This document shows positions 58,318 to 64,000 of a DNA stretch of 64,000 nucleotides, one piece after another. Location: contig CAZAXY010000005.1 of assembly GCA_964489125.1 (NCBI GenBank), positions 4,535-68,534 of the forward strand, in the 5' to 3' direction. The notes beneath the pieces are model-generated. The model did not search any database and had not been told where the DNA came from. It saw only the letters and a list, made by a program, of their open reading frames with translations. Origin of the DNA: an uncultured Saprospiraceae bacterium (GTDB lineage Bacteria > Bacteroidota > Bacteroidia > Chitinophagales > Saprospiraceae). A program made the position numbers and the translations under genes. Positions within the stretch are counted from its first letter, which is position 1; every line of letters starts with the position of its first letter.

Positions 58318-59823
58318 GTGAGGAGGGTTGGCAGAGTTTTCCTATTTCTATTTGTCGCTATTGCTGGTGCTTCAGGACAATCATATTTTGACTATAACAA
58401 CGATATAAGTCAGGCTTATACCTACACCTTACAGCTCAAGATGGATAGTGCACAGCACATCTTAGATAACCTTAAGATGAGCACTCCAGATAATCTGGCA
58501 ACGTATCACATCGAAAACTATATTGACTTTTTTACTGTCTTCCTAGGTGAGGAGAAAGAAGATTTTGAGCACTTCGAAAAGCGTAAGACAGACCGCCTCA
58601 ATGTAATCAAGCAGAAAGAGATAGACTCGCCCTTTTGGAGGCTATCGCAGGCAGAAATAACCTTGCAATACGCTCTAGTTCGCAGCAAGTTTGGCGAGTA
58701 CCTCAGGGCAGGTTGGGACGTTAATAGAGCTAATAAGCTCCTTAAAAAGAATCAATCCATCTATCCCGATTTTAAACTCAACTACAAAAGCTTGTCTGTG
58801 ATTCACTCGCTTATGGGCTCGCTCAAAGGAATCAAGCGAAGCTTAGTACAACTTTTTACCTCCATGGATGGAGACTACGCACAAGGCATTCGGGAAATCG
58901 AAGAGCTTTATCATGCAGCCGAGTCCGATCAATATATCTTCACTCATGAAATCACAGCCATCAGAGCTCTGATCAGCATGCATGTCGAAAAGAACTCAGA
59001 GTTGGCACATAACATCATCAATAATGAAGAAATCAAGGCCCTACAAAGTCCCACACTGGACTTTGTACGATATTCTGTAAGCAAGAATTACGATCAATCC
59101 ACTGATCAAAAAGATGAAATCCTGCGAAGAGCCATAGCAAATGGAGGCAATTTATCCTTTGACTATCTATGGTTATTGCTAGGCACTGAATATCTACAAC
59201 AAGGTGATACGCAAGCCGAGCAATACTTAAGGCAATTCATAGATAATTTTAATGGCAGACATTATATCAAGGAAGCCTATCAGAAGATGGCATGGTATGA
59301 GCTCATCATGAATGATGATGTAACTGCTTATAAAAGTTGGATGGCAAAGCTCCTTCACGTAGGTAATACTACTATTGGAGAGGATCAGCAGGCCCACCGT
59401 GATGCACAATCTGCAGTGATCCCTGACAAAGACTTGTTGCAAGCGAGATTATATTATGATGGCAGTCGTTACCCGGCTGCGCTTAACCTACTAGATAAAG
59501 TTGACATAGATAAGCTCTCCACCAAAAATCAACTAGAGTATTATTATCGCAAAGCTCGCGTGTTACAAGGCTTGTTTAGATATACAGAAGCGACGGAACT
59601 ATATAAGCAAGTCATATCTATAGGTGCAAGTAGTGATCGATATTTCGCATGTAGTGCCGCATTACAACTCGGAATAATATCTTCCATACAAGGAGCATAC
59701 GATGAAGCAAGCGTCTTTTTCATTAGATGCTTATCGCTCGATCCAGAAGAGCACCAGGAGAGCCTGCATCAGAAGGCCAGAAGTTGGCAACAAAGAATAA
59801 AGGGACGTCAATCCAAAGATTAA
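58318..59823 (+). CDS. Secreted TPR-like helical repeat protein (501 aa, GTG start)
   Basis: Signal peptide VFLFLFVAIAGASGQ. TPR-like segments (e.g. YYRKARVLQGLFRYTEATELYKQVISIG). Confidence 0.55.
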   Translation: MRRVGRVFLFLFVAIAGASGQSYFDYNNDISQAYTYTLQLKMDSAQHILDNLKMSTPDNLATYHIENYIDFFTVFLGEEKEDFEHFEKRKTDRLNVIKQKEIDSPFWRLSQAEITLQYALVRSKFGEYLRAGWDVNRANKLLKKNQSIYPDFKLNYKSLSVIHSLMGSLKGIKRSLVQLFTSMDGDYAQGIREIEELYHAAESDQYIFTHEITAIRALISMHVEKNSELAHNIINNEEIKALQSPTLDFVRYSVSKNYDQSTDQKDEILRRAIANGGNLSFDYLWLLLGTEYLQQGDTQAEQYLRQFIDNFNGRHYIKEAYQKMAWYELIMNDDVTAYKSWMAKLLHVGNTTIGEDQQAHRDAQSAVIPDKDLLQARLYYDGSRYPAALNLLDKVDIDKLSTKNQLEYYYRKARVLQGLFRYTEATELYKQVISIGASSDRYFACSAALQLGIISSIQGAYDEASVFFIRCLSLDPEEHQESLHQKARSWQQRIKGRQSKD

Positions 59824-59863
59824 CGTCCCTCCAAAAAAATCAATAACCGGAACCGATTTCGCT

Positions 59864-61642
59864 TTATTTCTTCTTCAGGTTCTTAAGCTTAGCGTCACGA
59901 TCTCGTCTCACGATCCGCAATCCATTGCCATCTACACAGAATCCTACATAATCAAATCTGCCAAATCTGCCATCAAGACTTACTACTTGTCGCCCATCCG
60001 CATCTAGGATCTCGGCAAAACCATCACCATAATCACAGCAGATGCCGTCACCGTATGTGTCCTGCAATTCGAGCTCAAAACATCCTTCTGTTAACTCAAA
60101 TTCTTGAGTGATCACCTGCCCTGCTCTACCATCTTGATATGGACCTCCTTGGAGGATTTCATTGAAATCTTCATCAAGTATGTACCAGGTCGTCTCAGAA
60201 CCAAAGTCATCTAACGTAAGCCTCAACGTATAAGCGCCATCTGTGCCATTATCTCCATTATCATCTGATCCTCCAGTTACATTGAACGTTTCGATGCCCG
60301 CAAATCCTGTCCATCCAGTTACACAACGAGTTCTCAACTGGTACTGGTACTGAGTGCCCTCTTGTAGGCCTGTTAGTGTAATCTGTGAAGCTGTAGTATT
60401 CATCGCCGTCCATCTTCTATTTCCAAGCTCTCGATACCTAATTCTATACCTAATTACATCGGGCATATCTGACCAATCTATAAGTACACTTGTCTCTGAC
60501 TGAGATGTGACAGAAGATGACTGTGGAGCTTCACATATAGCCGGATCTGTATCAGTATCCTGTTCAGGATTATCATCTGTTGTGTCGTCTGTAGTGTCTT
60601 CAGGATCTGATGTGTCACCTGTGTTATCTCCACCTTGAGGGTTACTGATCACATTGCTCGCATTGTTAGTCAGATTGGTGAGATTAGCAGCAACATAGTT
60701 TTCCATTCTTAGTGCTTGACCATTGCTAAACATATACATACATGCATCATTTACATAGTCCATGTAGTTCATATGCATATCCATTGATCCACAGCTACTC
60801 ACCCCTACCTGGGGGCATCCACCATAGTCTCTAGCTTGGTTAGGAGTATCTGCAACATCGTCATCACGATTACATCCATTGCCCCAGATATGGTCCAATA
60901 AGAAATAATGTCCTACCTCGTGCGTCAGGGTTCTACCTAAGTTAAATGGAGCCTGTGCATTGACAACTCCGCAGCCGCTGCCGACCCCAAAAGCTGATGC
61001 ATCCACAACGACTGCATCGCCATTACCAACTCCACCTAGCGGAGCGAATCCTAATAGCCCTGTATTAGGTTGTACGATGATATTCATATATCCACTCCAT
61101 CCATTGGCACGATCACCATTTGTTTGGTTTATCGTTACCGCCGCATCACCATTTTGGAGATTTGATCCGCTAGGGTGATTACGATCTGCAAGAACAAATC
61201 TCAAGCAAGCCTCTCCATTGGTTACCCCAGGAAAGAATCCTGCTGCTTGACCAGTCCACTTATCGATATCACTATTCGTACCAGCAAAATCTTTATTGAG
61301 GATATCGACTTGACTTTGTGCCAATGCAACTAAACATGCACGCTGATTAGTACTAGCTCCCTGATAATGTACAGCAACAGGGATTATAACAGGATCATTA
61401 CATTGTGCCTTTTGAACTCGCTTTTGATTAATATCCTCGAACCTGTCTAACCGTGCATCGTACTCTTTCTTATAGGCTGGGTCGCCAAGTAGTAGTGACA
61501 TGTGTTCATCAGAGCCACATGTCCGATGGCGATCAGAGAATGTCAAATCTTCATCAAATGATTCAGGCGAATCAAAATCATCGTTGCATGAATAAAGAAG
61601 TGCGAAAAAAAAGATACCGATAAATAACTTTAAATTTTCCAT
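59864..61642 (-). CDS. Secreted M43 (pappalysin/cytophagalysin-like) zinc metalloprotease with an FN3-like domain and a Cys-rich C-terminal domain
   Basis: Lipobox LLYSC, TLTHEVGHYFLLDHIWG, a D/T-rich linker, FN3-like WSDMPDVIRYRIRYRELG...GTQYQYQLRT, and a C-terminal DTYGDGICCDYGDG. Confidence 0.75.
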   Translation of the reverse strand: MENLKLFIGIFFFALLYSCNDDFDSPESFDEDLTFSDRHRTCGSDEHMSLLLGDPAYKKEYDARLDRFEDINQKRVQKAQCNDPVIIPVAVHYQGASTNQRACLVALAQSQVDILNKDFAGTNSDIDKWTGQAAGFFPGVTNGEACLRFVLADRNHPSGSNLQNGDAAVTINQTNGDRANGWSGYMNIIVQPNTGLLGFAPLGGVGNGDAVVVDASAFGVGSGCGVVNAQAPFNLGRTLTHEVGHYFLLDHIWGNGCNRDDDVADTPNQARDYGGCPQVGVSSCGSMDMHMNYMDYVNDACMYMFSNGQALRMENYVAANLTNLTNNASNVISNPQGGDNTGDTSDPEDTTDDTTDDNPEQDTDTDPAICEAPQSSSVTSQSETSVLIDWSDMPDVIRYRIRYRELGNRRWTAMNTTASQITLTGLQEGTQYQYQLRTRCVTGWTGFAGIETFNVTGGSDDNGDNGTDGAYTLRLTLDDFGSETTWYILDEDFNEILQGGPYQDGRAGQVITQEFELTEGCFELELQDTYGDGICCDYGDGFAEILDADGRQVVSLDGRFGRFDYVGFCVDGNGLRIVRRDRDAKLKNLKKK

Positions 61643-61747
61643 TGTAGATTTTTTTGAATGTTTGATAATTGTTTCGCCTCATCAGCGATTACACATCGAA
61701 ATACCGACTATCGCAGAGGTGAAATGTTGGATTTCATAGCAACCGAT

Positions 61748-61781
61748 GGTTTTATTATACATTCATGGGGTTTTATTATAC
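61748..61781 (+). promoter_or_regulatory. Putative LytTR response-regulator operator: 13 bp direct repeat GGTTTTATTATAC x2 with a 21 bp period
   Basis: Perfect copies at 61748-61760 and 61769-61781, in the divergent spacer between the M43 protease gene and the LytS/LytTR operon. Confidence 0.45.
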
Positions 61782-61838
61782 TTCCCGTTTGGAAGCAGAT
61801 TGGGACAAATCTACATTGTGCCTTATAAGAAATAATCC

Positions 61839-62870
61839 GTGGATACATCTATACGAGCATTCATATTTGATACTAAGTATAAACCCTGGAGACACCTGCT
61901 TTTCTGGGTGTTCATCTATACTGATGAATTACTCTCGCTGGTAGGCTTAACAGAGGAATTGGATTTTCCTCAAGTGATATTTGCCCAGCTCACAATTGAT
62001 ATCATAACAGTATATGTCACCCTATACATATTGATACCCCGATACCTTCAGACTAAGCAATATGCTTTTTTCGTGATCATGGTGTTCTTGATGATTTTCA
62101 TCAACATCCACAGCTTCTTTTTCATCGAAAACTATTACTACTACTATGAGGGTGGTCATCTCTCCTATTATATCAGTTCATTCGTGATCACTGCAAGTAT
62201 GATAGGCTTAGCGATGGCGATTAAACTGTTGAAAAATCAAGTGCTGCAGGGTGAAGAACGGCAAGAATTAATCAATCAAAAAAACAAGGTTGAGCTACAA
62301 GCACTCAAGGATCAGATTAACCCTCACTTCTTATTCAATGTGCTCAACACTATCTATATACAGACCAAAACTGACATAACGGCTGCCTCAGAATCTGTTA
62401 TGAAGCTATCTGATTTATTGAGATTTCAGATCTATGATGCTGAACAGAAGGACTGGATATCCTATCAACAAGAAAAATCCTTCCTTGTCAACTACTTAGA
62501 TCTTGAGGTAATGAGACGAGATGGCATGTCCTATCAATGGATAGAAGAGGAGGATCTGAGTCAATATGCCATACCAACTTTTCTATTTCTACCACTTGTC
62601 GAAAATGCCATCAAGCACTCCCGCACAGCTCTTGCCTCTGGGGAGTCCATTACAATAGAGGTCTTGCGAGACCAGCAATGGTTGAAGCTAAGATGTACTA
62701 ATAACATAGGCGATATAGTACATGAAGTGGGAGGATTTGGATTAGAGAATCTCAAGAAACGCCTGAGTCTCATCTTTACTAACGAGGTACCACTTGTGTT
62801 TGAAGAGAAAGAAGGTATTTTTAAGGTAGAGCTATCGCTACCGATCGATGAATTACATAATAATAGATGA
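61839..62870 (+). CDS. LytS/YehU-type sensor histidine kinase (His_kinase PF06580 type)
   Basis: Four TM helices, then LKDQINPHFLFNVLNTI, PLVENAIKH and GGFGLENLKKRL. Confidence 0.85.
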   Translation: MDTSIRAFIFDTKYKPWRHLLFWVFIYTDELLSLVGLTEELDFPQVIFAQLTIDIITVYVTLYILIPRYLQTKQYAFFVIMVFLMIFINIHSFFFIENYYYYYEGGHLSYYISSFVITASMIGLAMAIKLLKNQVLQGEERQELINQKNKVELQALKDQINPHFLFNVLNTIYIQTKTDITAASESVMKLSDLLRFQIYDAEQKDWISYQQEKSFLVNYLDLEVMRRDGMSYQWIEEEDLSQYAIPTFLFLPLVENAIKHSRTALASGESITIEVLRDQQWLKLRCTNNIGDIVHEVGGFGLENLKKRLSLIFTNEVPLVFEEKEGIFKVELSLPIDELHNNR

Positions 62871-63555
62871 TGAGCCTATAGCGCGACAAGGCATAAAACT
62901 ACTTGCTGATCAGCTACCTTATCTCAACTACGTTGCAGAATATCCTAACCCTATCGTCGCACATGAGCATATAACAACAGAGGTTGATTTGCTTTTCCTA
63001 GACATTGAGATGCCAGGCCTTAACGGTCTTGAGTATCTGCGTAGTTTGAATCCACAGACATCTGTAATCTTAACAACAGCTTATCCCCAACATGCCCTTG
63101 AAGCATTTGAACTTGATGTCGTCGACTATCTCGTGAAACCAGTGAAGTTGCCTCGCTTCATCAAGGCAGTTGAAAAAGCCCAGACACTAAAATCTCTTCA
63201 GAACACGCCTGCAGAAGTAGAATTGCAGTCGGAGGAAATCTATATCAAAGCAGATCGTAAGTTTCATAAGGTGAGCTATGCCGATATAATTTATATCAAG
63301 GGGATGAAGGATTACGTCATGATACATACCTCATCTAAGAAATATATGACAGCGCTAAATCTCAGTACAATCATGAAACAACTGCCTGAGACTCTATTCG
63401 CTCGCATCAGCAAGTCTTATATCATCAATACGCAGCATATAGTTTCAGTCGGAGTGGATTATGTGGATGTTGCAGGCGACGAGCTCAGCTTAGGTCTATC
63501 CTATAAAGAAGCATTCATCAATACTCATGTGAAGAGTACTTTGTTGAAGCGATGA
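62848..63555 (+). CDS. LytTR-family response regulator
   Basis: Receiver MNYIIIDDEP...LLFLDIEMPGLNG...DYLVKP, followed by LytTR DNA-binding (FHKVSYADIIYIKGMKDYVMIHT...FARISKSYIIN). Confidence 0.9.
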   Translation: MNYIIIDDEPIARQGIKLLADQLPYLNYVAEYPNPIVAHEHITTEVDLLFLDIEMPGLNGLEYLRSLNPQTSVILTTAYPQHALEAFELDVVDYLVKPVKLPRFIKAVEKAQTLKSLQNTPAEVELQSEEIYIKADRKFHKVSYADIIYIKGMKDYVMIHTSSKKYMTALNLSTIMKQLPETLFARISKSYIINTQHIVSVGVDYVDVAGDELSLGLSYKEAFINTHVKSTLLKR

Positions 63556-63823
63556 GCAGATCACTTTTGTTACTAAAAATCTTAGTGGTTTCGACCAATG
63601 AGAAATTGCTTCTATGAAGAATAATTAAGGGAGACACTTCAGTCATGTAAGTGTTTTTGACATCAGCGATTTTAGCTGGCAGTGTGCTCTAGACGGCTTT
63701 CGCCGTTTCCTCCTTTCGAAAAAGCTTGTCCATCCACTTCGTGGTTAACTCCTTTGGAAGTCTCCCAGACATCTATCCTTCGGAATCAGTCGATCAAGTA
63801 CTCGACTCTATGAGATCACTCAG

Positions 63824-64000
<177 letters not shown>

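Noticed and set aside
59801-59839. 8 bp hairpin agggacgt...acgtccct spanning the stop of the TPR gene, considered as a terminator for the convergent pair.
   Set aside because: It is followed by an A-run on the plus strand and preceded by the T-run on the minus strand, so it fits neither orientation of an intrinsic terminator. The left arm also lies inside the coding sequence.

Overview
A 64 kb chromosomal segment from a Bacteroidota bacterium, about 40% G+C by eye. The phylum call rests on a T9SS C-terminal sorting domain, a PorQ-like barrel, TAnnTTTG -7 boxes and many lipoprotein signals. Most of it is densely packed housekeeping and envelope genes. These include partial ligA, an ECF sigma operon, tandem cyclophilins, a LolE-like permease, a GH3/beta-lactamase fusion and an amidohydrolase triad. 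It also carries a P450/acyl-CoA lipid cluster, the complete Na+-NQR operon nqrABCDEF (minus strand, 28092-34434), hemD, two two-component systems, sucB, ppiD and mnmG. By eye I found no rRNA, tRNA, CRISPR array, transposase or integrase.

Two short stretches look accessory:
- 16387-19513 holds a multiply disrupted GHKL/HSP90-like ATPase pseudogene next to an AAA+/DUF4143 ATPase, which is preceded by tandem 32 bp palindromic repeats.
- 53700-54890 is a low-GC, translationally coupled two-gene cassette. It encodes a 168 aa BglII/BamHI-like PD-(D/E)xK nuclease and an unknown small partner, with no methyltransferase nearby. This is my best candidate for an undescribed system, possibly defence or toxin-antitoxin like.

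Other points of note are a probable LytTR operator (13 bp direct repeat, 21 bp period), an NqrA with an N-terminal membrane-anchor extension, and a two-lipoyl-domain SucB. All family calls come from motifs read in the supplied translations, with no database search, so functions are hypotheses and start codons are approximate.
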